Assembly (NCBI GenBank): GCA_963820525.1
Contig: CAWGAA010000002.1
Coordinates: forward strand, 352,001 to 416,000
DNA length: 64,000 nt
Direction: 5' to 3'
DNA from: an uncultured Spirochaetota bacterium
GTDB lineage: Bacteria > Spirochaetota > Spirochaetia > SZUA-6 > Fen-1364
A program made the position numbers and the translations under genes. A model generated the notes under the pieces. It had not been told where the DNA came from. It did no database searches and saw only the letters and a program-made list of their open reading frames with translations. Positions 40,545 through 51,167 of the stretch are shown here, piece after piece. Each line of letters starts with the position of its first letter. Positions within the stretch are counted from its first letter, which is position 1.

Positions 40545-41298
40545 TCCGATAGGGCTGCGCCTGGGCATCAACAAGTCCTGGCTCTCCCGCTGGTTCGTGG
40601 ACCCCAAGCTCTACGCGGAAACTCTCCATGAGGACCTGCGCCTCAGGAAGACGATCATCGCCGCGGAGGAGACCAAGGGATCCGATATCGCGGAGGTGGA
40701 GATCATCCGCCATCCCCAGCGCGTGACCGTCATCATCCATACGGGAAGGCCCGGGGTGCTCATCGGCGCCAAGGGCGCCAACATTGAAAAGCTGGGCGGG
40801 AGGCTTCAGAGGCTCATCGGCAAGAAGATCCAGCTCAGAATCAAGGAGATCAAACGGCCGGAGATGAACTCCAAGCTGGTTGCCGAGAATATCGGCCGCC
40901 AGATCAAGGGACGCGCCTCCTACCGCAGGGCGGCCAAGATGGCCATCTCCAACGCGATGAAGGCCGGCGTGCAGGGGATCAAGGTCAAGATCGCCGGACG
41001 GCTTTCCGGCGCCGAAATGGCCCGCCGCGAGGAGTTCAAGGAGGGGCGGATCCCTCTCCATACGTTCCGCGCCGACATCGACTACGGAACGGCCACGGCC
41101 ATCACCACCTTCGGCTGCGTCGGGATCAAGGTCTGGATATTCAACGGCGAGGTGTTCGGCCACGAGAAAAAGGACGACGCGGGGCTCCTGGTCAGGCGCG
41201 GCGGGCGCGAAGGGCGCGATGGCCGTGACGGCAGGGACGGCAGGGACGGCAGGGACGGCAGGGACAGGGACCGCGACCGCGGCGAGAGGCAGGAGTGA
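40528..41298 (+). CDS. rpsC: 30S ribosomal protein S3 with (GRD)n tail
   Basis: [37 protein letters not shown]. Confidence 0.98.
   Translation: MGQKVNPIGLRLGINKSWLSRWFVDPKLYAETLHEDLRLRKTIIAAEETKGSDIAEVEIIRHPQRVTVIIHTGRPGVLIGAKGANIEKLGGRLQRLIGKKIQLRIKEIKRPEMNSKLVAENIGRQIKGRASYRRAAKMAISNAMKAGVQGIKVKIAGRLSGAEMARREEFKEGRIPLHTFRADIDYGTATAITTFGCVGIKVWIFNGEVFGHEKKDDAGLLVRRGGREGRDGRDGRDGRDGRDGRDRDRDRGERQE
41230..41265 (+). repeat. Perfect 9-bp tandem repeat (GGCAGGGAC)x4, in frame in rpsC
   Basis: Direct reading; degenerate copies flank it. Confidence 0.95.
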
Positions 41299-41306
41299 GA
41301 TAAGCC

Positions 41307-41723
41307 ATGCTGAGCCCTAAGAGAACGAAATTCAGGAAGCAGCAGCGGGGGCGGATGAAGGGCCGGGCCACCCGGTGCACCGAGATTTCCTTCGGAGACT
41401 TCGGCCTCATGGCATTGGAACCGCATTGGATCACAAACCGGCAGATCGAGGCTGCGCGTATCGCCATCACCCGCCACATCAAGCGCGGCGGCAAGGTGTG
41501 GATCCGCATCTTCCCGGACATGCCCTACACGAAGAAGCCGGCGGAAACCCGCATGGGAAAGGGCAAGGGAAGCCCGGAATACTGGGTGGCCGTCGTGAAG
41601 CCGGGCACCGTGATGTTCGAGCTTTCCGGGGTCAGCCGGGAGATGGCTGAAGAGGCGATGAAGAGGGCGGGGAGCAAGCTCCCGATAAAGACGAAGTTCC
41701 TCTCGAGAGCGAGCGGGGAGTGA
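41307..41723 (+). CDS. rplP: 50S ribosomal protein L16
   Basis: [28 protein letters not shown]. Confidence 0.99.
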   Translation: MLSPKRTKFRKQQRGRMKGRATRCTEISFGDFGLMALEPHWITNRQIEAARIAITRHIKRGGKVWIRIFPDMPYTKKPAETRMGKGKGSPEYWVAVVKPGTVMFELSGVSREMAEEAMKRAGSKLPIKTKFLSRASGE

Positions 41724-41727
41724 TGTC

Positions 41728-41949
41728 ATGAAGGATTCATTCAAGGACCTGACGATGGAGGAGCTGATGGTGAAGCGGGAGGAGCTGCGAAAGCAGTACA
41801 ACGACATCTGCTTCAACGCCATCATCGGGCACGTCGACAACCCCCTGGTGGAAAGGACCATGCGCCGCAAGCTTGCCCGGGTATACACCCTCATCCACGA
41901 GTTCGAGACGGGAAAGCGCGCGCCGGCGCAAAAGAAGGGCGAAGGGTAG
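41728..41949 (+). CDS. rpmC: 50S ribosomal protein L29
   Basis: GHVDNP...[10 protein letters not shown]; synteny. Confidence 0.94.
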   Translation: MKDSFKDLTMEELMVKREELRKQYNDICFNAIIGHVDNPLVERTMRRKLARVYTLIHEFETGKRAPAQKKGEG

Positions 41950-41953
41950 ATCA

Positions 41954-42217
41954 GTGGCAGAAGAGACGAAGCGGGTGCAGAAGGTCCTCCAGGGCCGCGT
42001 GGTAAGCGACAAGATGAAGAAGACCATCGTGGTGGAGATCCAGCAGCGCAAGCTCCACAGGCTGTACAAGAAGTACCTCACGCGCACGAAGCGGATCAAG
42101 GCGCACGACGAGAACAACGATTGCAAGGTTGGCGACGTTGTCCGCGTGGTGGACGCCAGGCCGCTCAGCAGGGAGAAGAGGTGGCGCCTGCTCGAGATCG
42201 TCGAGAGGGCGAGGTAA
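41954..42217 (+). CDS. rpsQ: 30S ribosomal protein S17
   Basis: [32 protein letters not shown] start at 41954. Confidence 0.97.
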   Translation: MAEETKRVQKVLQGRVVSDKMKKTIVVEIQQRKLHRLYKKYLTRTKRIKAHDENNDCKVGDVVRVVDARPLSREKRWRLLEIVERAR

Positions 42218-42235
42218 GGGAGAGGCGGGGAAGCT

Positions 42236-42605
42236 ATGATCCAGATGAAGACCCTCCTGAACGTCGCCGACAACAGCGGCGCCAAGCAGGTCCAGTGCAT
42301 CAAGGTCCTCGGCGGGACGCGGCGCAAGTACGCCCGCATCGGGGACATCATCGTCGTCGCCGTGAAGGACGCCCTGCCCAACACGCCCATCAAGAAGGGC
42401 GGGATCGAGAAGGCGGTCGTCGTTCGCACGCGCAAGGAGTACAAGAGGCCCGACGGGCACCTTTATCCGCTTCGACGACAATGCGTGCGTCGTGATCGAC
42501 GCGAACAACAACCCGAAGGGAAAGCGAATCTTCGGCCCCGTGGCCCGCGAGCTGCGGGAGAAGGACTTCATGAAGATCGTGTCCCTGGCGCCCGAAGTGC
42601 TGTAG
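42236..42605 (+). CDS. rplN: 50S ribosomal protein L14, frameshifted by one extra G at 42455-42457
   Basis: ADNSGAK N-terminus; after RPDG the canonical [14 protein letters not shown]...[11 protein letters not shown]...IVSLAPEVL* continues in the +1 frame to TAG 42603-42605. Confidence 0.95.
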
Positions 42606-42618
42606 GAGGATGATGGAG

Positions 42619-42948
42619 ATGGGTGCGCGGACTGAAGAGGCCAAGGTTCGACTGCGGAAGAACGACGTGGTGAAGGTCATCTCCGGCAAGGAGAAGGGCA
42701 AGACCGGCCGGATCCTCAGCATCGAGCGCGACTCGATGCGGGCGGTCGTGGAAGGCCTCAACATGGCGAAGAAGGCCGTCAAGCAGAAGAAGCAGAACCA
42801 GAAGGGGGGGATCACCTCGGTGGAGTCGCCCCTCTCGCTGGCGAAGCTCATGATCCTCTGCAAGAAATGCGGGGCCACGCGGATCGGCTACAGGATCGAC
42901 GGTGAGAAAAAGGTGCGCGTCTGCCGCAAGTGTGGAGGGGAGCTGTGA
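42619..42948 (+). CDS. rplX: 50S ribosomal protein L24
   Basis: KOW motif [29 protein letters not shown]; alternative ATGs at 42610/42613. Confidence 0.96.
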   Translation: MGARTEEAKVRLRKNDVVKVISGKEKGKTGRILSIERDSMRAVVEGLNMAKKAVKQKKQNQKGGITSVESPLSLAKLMILCKKCGATRIGYRIDGEKKVRVCRKCGGEL

Positions 42949-43706
42949 GCAAGGACAAGACCACAGAGGCCATGGAAAACCCGGCCACCGAGGCGGCCCC
43001 GAAGGAGAAGAAGGGGCAGGCGCAGGGCCGGGAGAAAGCCGCCAAGGCCGTAAAGGGAGGCGAGAAACCCGAGCAGAAGGGCAAGGGCGGCAAGGCGGCG
43101 GGCAAAGCGGCGGGAGAAGCCCCGGCGGAGAAGAAGGCGAAGCCTCCCCGCGACCCGGTCGGCTACATCCCCCGGCTGAAGAAGCTCTTCCGCGAGACAG
43201 CGGCAAAGCAGCTTCTGGAGGAGTTCAGCTACAAGACGCCGATGCAGATCCCCCGGCTCACCAAGATCGTGGTGAGCATGGGCCTCGGGGAAGCCATCGC
43301 CAACAAGAAGCTCCTCGAGTCGGCAACGGCGGAGCTCAGCCAGATCACGGGCTTGAAGGCGGTGAGGACCAAGGCCAAGAAATCGATTGCCCAGTTCAAG
43401 GTGCGAAAGGGCATGGAGATCGGCGCCATCGTGACCCTGCGGGGAAACCACATGTACGAGTTCCTCGACAGGCTGATCAACGTGGCCATGCCGCGGATCA
43501 AGGACTTCCGCGGCGCCAACCCCAATGCCTTCGATGGACATGGAAACTACTCTCTGGGAGTGACGGAGCAGATCATTTTCCCGGAGATTGACTATGACAA
43601 GATCGATCGGATCAGCGGCTTGAATGTCGCGATCGTTACAACGGCCCGCACGGACGGGGAGGCGCGCAGCCTCCTCGCGCGGCTGGGCATGCCATTCCGA
43701 AAATAG
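42945..43706 (+). CDS. rplE: 50S ribosomal protein L5 with long Lys/Ala/Glu-rich N-terminal extension
   Basis: [42 protein letters not shown] overlaps the rplX stop (alternative ATG 42972). Confidence 0.96.
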   Translation: MSKDKTTEAMENPATEAAPKEKKGQAQGREKAAKAVKGGEKPEQKGKGGKAAGKAAGEAPAEKKAKPPRDPVGYIPRLKKLFRETAAKQLLEEFSYKTPMQIPRLTKIVVSMGLGEAIANKKLLESATAELSQITGLKAVRTKAKKSIAQFKVRKGMEIGAIVTLRGNHMYEFLDRLINVAMPRIKDFRGANPNAFDGHGNYSLGVTEQIIFPEIDYDKIDRISGLNVAIVTTARTDGEARSLLARLGMPFRK

Positions 43707-43723
43707 CCAGGAGCGAGAGGAAG

Positions 43724-43909
43724 ATGGCCAGAAAAGCGATGATCATGAAGGCCCTGCGCAAGCCCAAGTACATGAGCCGGCGCGTCAACCGCTGTAAGAT
43801 CTGCGGGCGGCAGAGGGGGTTTATGCGGAAGTTCAGGATGTGCAGGATCTGCTTCCGCGCCTTGGCCAGCGAAGGAAAGCTTCCTGGCGTTACCAAATCG
43901 AGCTGGTAG
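43724..43909 (+). CDS. rpsN: 30S ribosomal protein S14 (short Zn-binding type)
   Basis: RCKICGR...MCRICFR...PGVTKSSW. Confidence 0.97.
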   Translation: MARKAMIMKALRKPKYMSRRVNRCKICGRQRGFMRKFRMCRICFRALASEGKLPGVTKSSW

Positions 43910-43921
43910 GGAGTTGGTGAT

Positions 43922-44320
43922 ATGAGTCTGTCGGACCCTATTTCCGATATGCTGACGAAGATCAGGAACGCGAGCAGCGCCCGATTCGAGAGCGTCGACA
44001 TCCCCACCTCGAAGCTGAAGCTGGAGATCACCAAGATCCTCAAGAACGAGGGCTTCATCAAGACGTTCAAGAAGGTGACCCAGGACGGGCGGAACCTCAT
44101 CAGGATCTTCCTGAAGTACGACGGGGGCAACGCGCCCGTCATCCACGGGCTGAAGCGGATCTCGACGCCGGGGCGCCGCATGTACGCGGGCTACAAGAAC
44201 CTGCCGCGGGTGTTGAACGGCTTCGGCACCCTCATCGTCACCACCTCCACGGGGGTGACCACGGGGAAGAAGGCTGTGGAGAAGAAGGCCGGCGGCGAGC
44301 TGATCTGCACGGTCTGGTGA
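43922..44320 (+). CDS. rpsH: 30S ribosomal protein S8
   Basis: [30 protein letters not shown]. Confidence 0.98.
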   Translation: MSLSDPISDMLTKIRNASSARFESVDIPTSKLKLEITKILKNEGFIKTFKKVTQDGRNLIRIFLKYDGGNAPVIHGLKRISTPGRRMYAGYKNLPRVLNGFGTLIVTTSTGVTTGKKAVEKKAGGELICTVW

Positions 44321-44336
44321 GCAAGGAGATACGAGA

Positions 44337-44876
44337 GTGTCGCGAATCGGAAGATTGCCGGTTAAGATCCCCAAGGGCGTGAAGATCCAGGTGCAGGGGG
44401 CCACCGTCATGCTGGAAGGGCCGAAGGGCAAGCTCACCAGGCAGTGCTCGCCCGAGGTCGCCGTGAAGGTGGAGGGGGACTCCGTGGTGATCAGCCGCTC
44501 GGACGATTCCAAGCGGGCAAAGAGCCTCCATGGGCTGTACAGGAACCTGATCAAGAACGACCTGATCGGCCTGTCGGACGGATTCTCCAAGAGCCTGGCA
44601 ATCAGCGGGGTCGGCTACAAGGCCGAGCTGAAGGGAAAGAGCCTAGTGCTTACCCTTGGGTATTCGACGCCCATAGAGTACCCCATTCCCGAGGGCATCT
44701 CCATGGAAGTGGAGGCCAACACCAAGATCCTCGTGAAGGGATCGGACAAGGCGAAGGTGGGGCAGATCTGCGCCGAGATCCGCTCCTTCCGGCCCACCGA
44801 GCCGTACAAGGGCAAGGGGATCAAATACGAAGGCGAGTACGTCCGGCGCAAGATCGGGAAATCCGGAATCAAGTAG
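44337..44876 (+). CDS. rplF: 50S ribosomal protein L6
   Basis: SRIGRLPV, GPKGKL, EPYKGKGIKY. Confidence 0.98.
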   Translation: MSRIGRLPVKIPKGVKIQVQGATVMLEGPKGKLTRQCSPEVAVKVEGDSVVISRSDDSKRAKSLHGLYRNLIKNDLIGLSDGFSKSLAISGVGYKAELKGKSLVLTLGYSTPIEYPIPEGISMEVEANTKILVKGSDKAKVGQICAEIRSFRPTEPYKGKGIKYEGEYVRRKIGKSGIK

Positions 44877-44894
44877 GAGAGGCTGATACACGCC

Positions 44895-45254
44895 ATGAGA
44901 AAGCTGGAAGAGAAGACCCGCAAGCGGTCGAAGAGAAGGCAGAGCATCAGGAAGAAGATCAGCGGCACGTCGGAGAAGCCGCGCCTGACGGTGTACAAGT
45001 CCAACAGGTACACCTATATCCAGGCCATCGACGACACCAGCGGGCGGACCATCGCCGCCGCCTCCAACCTCGAGAAGGACCAGCGGAGCATCAAGAACCT
45101 GGCGGCGGATCTGGAAAAGCTGGGGCTGTTGATCGGACAGCGTCTCCTGGCGAAGAACGTGCAGAGCGTCGTCTTCGACAGGAACGGCTACCGGTACCAC
45201 GGGAAGGTGAAGGCATTGGCGGACGGCGCGCGAAAGGCCGGGATCAAGTTCTAG
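44895..45254 (+). CDS. rplR: 50S ribosomal protein L18
   Basis: [31 protein letters not shown]. Confidence 0.98.
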   Translation: MRKLEEKTRKRSKRRQSIRKKISGTSEKPRLTVYKSNRYTYIQAIDDTSGRTIAAASNLEKDQRSIKNLAADLEKLGLLIGQRLLAKNVQSVVFDRNGYRYHGKVKALADGARKAGIKF

Positions 45255-45350
45255 ACTGCGGCGGACCGCCGGCGCGCGGCCCAGGCGCGGGTATCTCGCG
45301 CACGGGGCGAAGCGGCCGGGGTGGACGCCGTATTCGAGGGGGATTTGAAG

Positions 45351-45866
45351 GTGGCAATGCAGCAGGACAGGGACAGAGACCGGGACAGGGGCGAGTTCAT
45401 GGAGAAGCTCGTCAAGCTCAATCGCGTCGCCAAGGTCGTCAAGGGCGGACGGCGCTTCTCATTCTCCGCCCTGGTCGTCGTGGGAGACAGGGCCGGGCGC
45501 GTCGGATACGGGTTCGGAAAAGCGAACGACGTTTCCGACGCCATCAGGAAGAGCATCGAGAAGGCCAAGAAGAACCTCGTGCGGGTGCCCATCAAAAAGG
45601 CGACCCTCCCTCACCAGGTCATCGGAAAGTTCAAGAGCGCCCAGGTGCTCCTGAAGCCCGCGGCCCCCGGAACGGGGGTCATCGCCGGCGGGCCCGTCCG
45701 GGCCGTCATGGAGGCGGCCGGAGTGCGGGACGTGCTCTCCAAGTCTCTGGGCTCCTCCAATGCAATCAACACGGTCAAGGCCGTGTTCCAGGGCCTCGAC
45801 AGCCTCATGGAGGCCCGTGACGTAGCGGCCAACAGGGGAAAGATCATCAAGGACGTGTGGGGATAG
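45351..45866 (+). CDS. rpsE: 30S ribosomal protein S5
   Basis: [31 protein letters not shown]; start GTG 45351 or ATG 45357. Confidence 0.97.
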   Translation: MAMQQDRDRDRDRGEFMEKLVKLNRVAKVVKGGRRFSFSALVVVGDRAGRVGYGFGKANDVSDAIRKSIEKAKKNLVRVPIKKATLPHQVIGKFKSAQVLLKPAAPGTGVIAGGPVRAVMEAAGVRDVLSKSLGSSNAINTVKAVFQGLDSLMEARDVAANRGKIIKDVWG

Positions 45867-45870
45867 GGAT

Positions 45871-46062
45871 ATGGCAGCAAACCGATTGCGCATCAAGCTC
45901 GTTCGAAGCCCCATCGGGTGCAAGCCCGAGCACAGGAGAACGGTGAAGGCCCTCGGGCTGCGCCGGCTCGGCTCAGCCGTGGAGAAAACCGCCTCCCCGG
46001 CCGTCCTTGGCATGGTCCGTTCCGTTTCCTATCTTCTTGATGTAGAGGAGATTCGCTCGTGA
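45871..46062 (+). CDS. rpmD: 50S ribosomal protein L30
   Basis: [18 protein letters not shown]; synteny. Confidence 0.96.
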   Translation: MAANRLRIKLVRSPIGCKPEHRRTVKALGLRRLGSAVEKTASPAVLGMVRSVSYLLDVEEIRS

Positions 46063-46577
46063 TGGAAGACCGCACGATACGCAAACCGAAGGGCTTGAAG
46101 AAGAAGAAAATGCTGGGAAGGGGCGTCGGCTCCGGTCACGGCAAGACTTCCGGCAAGGGGACCAAGGGCCAGAAGGCCCGCTCCGGAGGCGGCGTGCGGC
46201 TCGGGTTCGAGGGCGGCCAGATGCCGCTGTTCCGGCGCATCGCCCGCCGGGGATTCTCAAACGCCCCGTTCAAGAAGGTCTACGCGGTGATAAACGTCTC
46301 GGAGCTCAACAGGTTCCCCGACGGCGAGAAGGTCACCGAGGAGACTCTGAGGGCCCGCGGCCTGCTCGGCAAGAAAGGGCTGCCCGTTAAAATTCTCGGG
46401 AATGGCGAGCTTGCTCGAAAGCTTTCCGTCTCCGTTGACAAGGTATCCGCCACCGCGCGGGAGAAGATCCTGGCGGCGGGGGGTACGGTAGACCGCCCCG
46501 GGGGCGGTGCAGCGGCCCGCCCGAGGGGTGGCGCAGCAGCCCACCCGAGGGGCGGTGAGGTCGTCGAGGGGAACTAA
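46059..46577 (+). CDS. rplO: 50S ribosomal protein L15 with C-terminal repeat extension
   Basis: [41 protein letters not shown]. Confidence 0.97.
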   Translation: MMEDRTIRKPKGLKKKKMLGRGVGSGHGKTSGKGTKGQKARSGGGVRLGFEGGQMPLFRRIARRGFSNAPFKKVYAVINVSELNRFPDGEKVTEETLRARGLLGKKGLPVKILGNGELARKLSVSVDKVSATAREKILAAGGTVDRPGGGAAARPRGGAAAHPRGGEVVEGN

Positions 46578-47896
46578 TGGCCAATCCTATCATCGATATC
46601 TTCAGGGTCAAGGAACTGCGGGACCGCATCCTTTTCACCGTGGGGATACTCGTCATCTATCGAATCGGCTGCATCCTGCCGGTGCCGGGAGTCAACATCA
46701 CGGCGCTGCAGAACTATTTCGCCGCCAAGGGAAGCACGGGAGGGCTCGGCATCGAGGACTTCCTGGATTTCTTCGCCGGAGGAGCGTTCAAGAACTTCTC
46801 CGTGTTCATGCTGACGATCATGCCCTACATCTCGGCATCGATCATCATGACCCTGCTCACCATCGTGTTCCCGAAGCTGAAGAAGGTTTCCGAGGAGGAG
46901 GGCGGCAAGAAGAAGATCCACCGCTGGACGCGCTACGGCACGGTGCTGATCTGCTTGGTCCAGTCCTTCACCGTCACCCGCTACGCCCAGAGCATTCCCG
47001 ACGCGATCAACATCGCGATGCTGCCGTTTGCCCTCCTGGCGATGCTCACCGTGACGACGGGCACCATGTTCCTCATGTGGATGGGAGATCAGATCACCCG
47101 CCGCGGAATCGGAAACGGAATTTCGCTTCTCATCTTCGCCGGGATCGTGGCCAGGATACCGGGGGCTCTCTGGACTCTTGTGCAGCAGATCCAGAGCCGC
47201 GCGCTCAACCCCGTGTACGTTATCGTGGTCCTGATCATGTTCGTCATCGTCGTGGCGCTCGTCGTCTACGAGCAGCAGGGACAGAGAAAGATCCCCGTCC
47301 ATTACGCCAAGAGGGTCATCGGCCGCAGGATCTACGGCTCGCAGAACACCTACCTGCCGTTCAAGGTGAACCCCTCCGGGGTCATCCCCGTGATCTTCGC
47401 CTCCTCGATCCTCGTCTTTCCCATCCAGATCGCGCAGAGCCTCGGAGCCCGGGTGGATTGGCTGTCCCGGTTCGCCTCGTGGCTGCGGCCCCAGGGGCTG
47501 CCGTACGTGGTCGCCTACGGCCTTCTCATCATCTTTTTCGCGTACTTCTACACCCAGGTGACGCTGAACCCGGTGGAGATCTCCAAGCATATCCGCGAGA
47601 ACGGGGGCTCCATTCCCGGGATCAGGTCCGAGAAGATGGAGGAGTACCTCACGAGGATCCTGCACAGGATCATCCTTCCGGGGTCCCTGTTCCTCACGTT
47701 CATCGCGATCATCCCCACCCTCGTTCAGACCCTGTTCCACTTCCCGTCCTCGGTGGCCTACCTGATGGGTGGAACGTCACTGCTGATTCTCGTGGGCGTC
47801 GACCTGGACACCATGTCGCAGATCGAGGGATACCTGAGGATGCACCATCACGAGGGCATCGTGCGCAAGGGCCGGATCCGGTCCCGCAACCTGTAA
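46577..47896 (+). CDS. secY: Preprotein translocase subunit SecY
   Basis: IMPYISASII, GIGNGISLLIFAGI, PSGVIPVIFASS, GGTSLLILVGV. Confidence 0.99.
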   Translation: MANPIIDIFRVKELRDRILFTVGILVIYRIGCILPVPGVNITALQNYFAAKGSTGGLGIEDFLDFFAGGAFKNFSVFMLTIMPYISASIIMTLLTIVFPKLKKVSEEEGGKKKIHRWTRYGTVLICLVQSFTVTRYAQSIPDAINIAMLPFALLAMLTVTTGTMFLMWMGDQITRRGIGNGISLLIFAGIVARIPGALWTLVQQIQSRALNPVYVIVVLIMFVIVVALVVYEQQGQRKIPVHYAKRVIGRRIYGSQNTYLPFKVNPSGVIPVIFASSILVFPIQIAQSLGARVDWLSRFASWLRPQGLPYVVAYGLLIIFFAYFYTQVTLNPVEISKHIRENGGSIPGIRSEKMEEYLTRILHRIILPGSLFLTFIAIIPTLVQTLFHFPSSVAYLMGGTSLLILVGVDLDTMSQIEGYLRMHHHEGIVRKGRIRSRNL

Positions 47897-47908
47897 GGGA
47901 GGAATGGT

Positions 47909-48022
47909 ATGAAGGTACGCGTCAGCGTAAAACCGATTTGTGACAAATGCAAGGTCATCCGGCGCAAGGGGGTGGTGCGGATCATCTGCCAGAACCCCAA
48001 GCACAAGCAGAGACAGAGGTAG
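47909..48022 (+). CDS. rpmJ: 50S ribosomal protein L36
   Basis: Not in the ORF track: [37 protein letters not shown]. Confidence 0.98.
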   Translation: MKVRVSVKPICDKCKVIRRKGVVRIICQNPKHKQRQR

Positions 48023-48031
48023 GAGGAGAGG

Positions 48032-48400
48032 ATGGCGCGTATAGCGGGCGTTGACCTGCCCAACAAGCACACGGACATCGCACTGACCTACATATTCGGG
48101 ATCGGGGTGTCATCCGCCCAGAAGATCTGCGCGACCACGGGGGTAGACCCGCAGAAGCGCATCAACGAGCTCACCGCGGACGAGATCAACAAGCTGCGGA
48201 CGGTGATCGAGAGCGACTACAAGGTGGAAGGGAGACTGAGAACCGAGATCTCCCTCAATATAAAGCGGCTGATGGACATCGGCTGCTACAGGGGCGTACG
48301 GCACCGACGGGGGCTTCCCGTCCGCGGCCAGCGGACGAAGACCAATGCGCGCACCCGCAAGGGCAAGAGGAAGACGGTTGCCGGCAAGAGGAAGAAGTAG
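48032..48400 (+). CDS. rpsM: 30S ribosomal protein S13
   Basis: [32 protein letters not shown]. Confidence 0.99.
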   Translation: MARIAGVDLPNKHTDIALTYIFGIGVSSAQKICATTGVDPQKRINELTADEINKLRTVIESDYKVEGRLRTEISLNIKRLMDIGCYRGVRHRRGLPVRGQRTKTNARTRKGKRKTVAGKRKK

Positions 48401-48466
48401 CCGGGACGGGGCCGGCCTTTCGACATTCTCGCGGCGGAATGCCGCCACAGGGCAAGGAGAGATGCT

Positions 48467-48850
48467 TTGGCTAAGACCAAGGGTAAGAAGGAAAAGAAGA
48501 AGAATATCGCCGAAGGCAAGGCCTTCATCCAGGCTACCTTCAACAATACGATCGTGACGATCACGGATACGATGGGCAACACCATCTCGTGGGCGTCCGC
48601 GGGAGCGCTGGGGTTCAAAGGGGCCAAGAAGTCCACCCCGTTCGCCGCTCAGTCCACGGCTGAATCCGCCGCCAGCAAGGCGATGGAGCAGGGCCTGCGG
48701 GAGCTTTCCGTGTTCGTGAAGGGGCCGGGCGTCGGCAGCGAGGCCGCGATTCGCGCATTCGGGGTTCTCGGCATCAGGGTGCGCTCCATCAAGGACATCA
48801 CGCCGATCCCCCATAACGGGTGCCGGCCGCCCAAGAAGCGCAGGGTGTAG
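48467..48850 (+). CDS. rpsK: 30S ribosomal protein S11
   Basis: [34 protein letters not shown] start. Confidence 0.98.
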   Translation: MAKTKGKKEKKKNIAEGKAFIQATFNNTIVTITDTMGNTISWASAGALGFKGAKKSTPFAAQSTAESAASKAMEQGLRELSVFVKGPGVGSEAAIRAFGVLGIRVRSIKDITPIPHNGCRPPKKRRV

Positions 48851-48862
48851 GGAGGAATACAG

Positions 48863-49498
48863 GTGGGAAGGAATATCGGTCCCCAGTGCAGGCTCTGCAG
48901 GAGCGAAGGGGTCAAGCTGTATCTGAAGGGCGACAGGTGCAAAAGCCCCAAGTGCCCGGTCTCGAAGAAGAAGGGCGCTCCCGGCAAGGGGCCGCGCAGC
49001 AGAACGAAGAAGCTCTCCGACTACGGCATCCAGCTGCGCGAGAAGCAGAAGCTGAAGAGGATGTACGGGATGCTGGAGGGGCAGTTCAGCCTCTTCTTCG
49101 CCCGGGCCATAAAGAAAAAGGGAATCACGGGCGAGAACCTCATCCAGATGCTCGAGCGGAGGCTGGACAACGTGGTGTACAGGATGCACCTGGCCCCGTC
49201 GCGAAAGAGCGCGCGCCAGCTCGTGCTCCACGGCCACATCCGTCTCAACGGAAAGCGGGCCTCCATCCCCTCCCTGCAGGTGAGGGAGAACGACGAGGTG
49301 GCGGTGACGGAGAAGTCCACGAAGCTCACCTTCATCAAGGAGAGCCTGAGGGAGCTCTCGCGGGCGGGGGTCGTGCCGTGGCTCGACATCGATCCGGACA
49401 AGATGGTGGGAAAGGTCAAGGCGATACCCAGGCGCAGCGAGGTGACGGACCTGGCGGATATCAGAGAGCAGCTGATCGTCGAGCTGTATTCCAAGTAA
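48863..49498 (+). CDS. rpsD: 30S ribosomal protein S4 (Zn-ribbon type)
   Basis: CRLCR...RCKSPKC, QLREKQK, LERRLDNVVYR, LIVELYSK. Confidence 0.98.
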   Translation: MGRNIGPQCRLCRSEGVKLYLKGDRCKSPKCPVSKKKGAPGKGPRSRTKKLSDYGIQLREKQKLKRMYGMLEGQFSLFFARAIKKKGITGENLIQMLERRLDNVVYRMHLAPSRKSARQLVLHGHIRLNGKRASIPSLQVRENDEVAVTEKSTKLTFIKESLRELSRAGVVPWLDIDPDKMVGKVKAIPRRSEVTDLADIREQLIVELYSK

Positions 49499-49508
49499 GG
49501 GGTCTTCA

Positions 49509-50621
49509 ATGCTCCGAAAGAACCTTCTGAAAGGTTTCAAGAAGCCGAAGGGCATCACCTTCGAGCACAGCGAGATCGAGGCGAACTACGGTCGATTCGT
49601 CGCGTATCCCTTCGAGAGGGGCTATGGCGTTACGATCGGCAATACGCTCCGGAGAATCCTCCTGTCCTCGATCCAGGGGTACGCGATAACCGCGGCGAAG
49701 ATCACCGCCTTCAAGGACGACGGCTCGCCCCACATCATCGCCAGCGAATACGAGCCCATCCCCGAAATGGTCGAAGACACGCCGGACTTCATCAACAACC
49801 TCAAGCAGGTTCAGGTACAGCTGGGGGGAGATCTGGAAGAGAAGACCGTGGTCCTTGAATCCAAGGGGGCGCGGACCCTCTACGCCAAGGACCTCGCCGT
49901 CGACAACGACGTGGAGGTGGTGAACGGCGACTTTCCCATCGCCACCCTGATGGAAAAGGCGAACATCGAGATCGAGATCCAGATCAACCTCGGCAGGGGC
50001 TACGTGCCCGCCGAGAGGAACGAGAAATACATCGAGGTCATCGGTACGATACCGATCGACTCCATCTTTTCTCCCATCCAGAAGGTGAAGTACAGCGTGG
50101 AGAACACGCGCGTCGGCCAGAGGACGGACTACGACAAGCTGATCCTCGAGGTGTGGACCGACGGGACCATAGCGCCGGACGACGCCCTGGCTGAGGCGGC
50201 GAAGATCGCCAAGGACCACTTCACGATCTTCATCAATTTCGACGAAGCGGAGGCCTCCTCGGACGAGGACATCGACGAGGACGAAGAGAGGATCCGGGCC
50301 GTGCTCGATACCCCGGTGGAGGAGCTGGAGCTCTCCGTGCGGTCCAGCAACTGCCTTCGAAACGCGAATATCCGAACCATCGGAGACCTCACGAGGAAGA
50401 GCGAGGAAGAGATCACCAAGACCCGCAACTTCGGCAAGAAGAGCCTCCAGGAGATCCGCGACAAGCTTCGGGCGCGCGGCCTGGATCTCGGGATGAAGGA
50501 TTATTCCGCCCTGAAAAAGCAGCTGAAGAAACAGCTGGCCGGAGAGACTGTCGTCTCCGCCGCGGGGACGGACGCCGTGGACGCCGCGGATTCGGAAGGG
50601 AAGGAAGAAAATGAATCATAG
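49509..50621 (+). CDS. rpoA: DNA-directed RNA polymerase subunit alpha
   Basis: PFERGYGVTIGNTLRRILLSS, ELELSVRSSNCL, RNFGKKS. Confidence 0.99.
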   Translation: MLRKNLLKGFKKPKGITFEHSEIEANYGRFVAYPFERGYGVTIGNTLRRILLSSIQGYAITAAKITAFKDDGSPHIIASEYEPIPEMVEDTPDFINNLKQVQVQLGGDLEEKTVVLESKGARTLYAKDLAVDNDVEVVNGDFPIATLMEKANIEIEIQINLGRGYVPAERNEKYIEVIGTIPIDSIFSPIQKVKYSVENTRVGQRTDYDKLILEVWTDGTIAPDDALAEAAKIAKDHFTIFINFDEAEASSDEDIDEDEERIRAVLDTPVEELELSVRSSNCLRNANIRTIGDLTRKSEEEITKTRNFGKKSLQEIRDKLRARGLDLGMKDYSALKKQLKKQLAGETVVSAAGTDAVDAADSEGKEENES

Positions 50622-51027
50622 GAGCAACTTCAACAGACTGGGGCGCAGCTCCGCCCACCGCAAAGCCCTGCTCAAGGCGTTGACGAAGTCCCTCTTCACC
50701 TACGAGCGAGTGCGGACAACCCTCCCCAAAGCCAAGGAGGCGAGGCGCTTCGCCGAGAAGCTCATCACCAGAGCGCGGACGGATTCGGTGCACAATCGCA
50801 GGATCGCGGCGCGGGTCATCACGGACGCGCGGGTGCTCAACAAGCTCTTCACCGATATCGCCCCCCGCTACGCTCAGAGACCGGGAGGGTATACCCGGAT
50901 CCTCAAGCTCGGCAAACGTTTTGGAGATGCCTCGGAAATGGCGGTTCTGGAGCTTCTGGAACGGAAAGAGCGGCAGAGGCTGCGCAAGAAGAAGGAAGCG
51001 CAGGAGGCGGCCGCAAAGGAGGGCTGA
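50611..51027 (+). CDS. rplQ: 50S ribosomal protein L17
   Basis: LGRSSAHRKAL, TTLPKAKE, RPGGYTRILK. Confidence 0.98.
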   Translation: MNHRSNFNRLGRSSAHRKALLKALTKSLFTYERVRTTLPKAKEARRFAEKLITRARTDSVHNRRIAARVITDARVLNKLFTDIAPRYAQRPGGYTRILKLGKRFGDASEMAVLELLERKERQRLRKKKEAQEAAAKEG

Positions 51028-51057
51028 GGCTCTCCATAGAGTCGCGGAATCCAGCAC

Positions 51058-51090
51058 GCCCGGGCGGCTTCGTCCCGGGCCGGTTTCATT
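51058..51090 (+). terminator. Candidate terminator hairpin after rplQ
   Basis: GCCCGGG...CCCGGGC stem followed by a weak T tail (CGGTTTCATT). Confidence 0.4.
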
Positions 51091-51167
51091 GAGAAACAGC
51101 TGCTAGCCTCTTGCCGCGAAGACGCTTTCCGCCGATACTAGGTAGATAGAAGGTATCCGGATCTCTC

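Noticed and set aside
42236..42613. rplN as a true pseudogene or with a novel C-terminus
   Set aside because: The canonical C-terminus is intact in the +1 frame with no other decay; a single-base error is more parsimonious.
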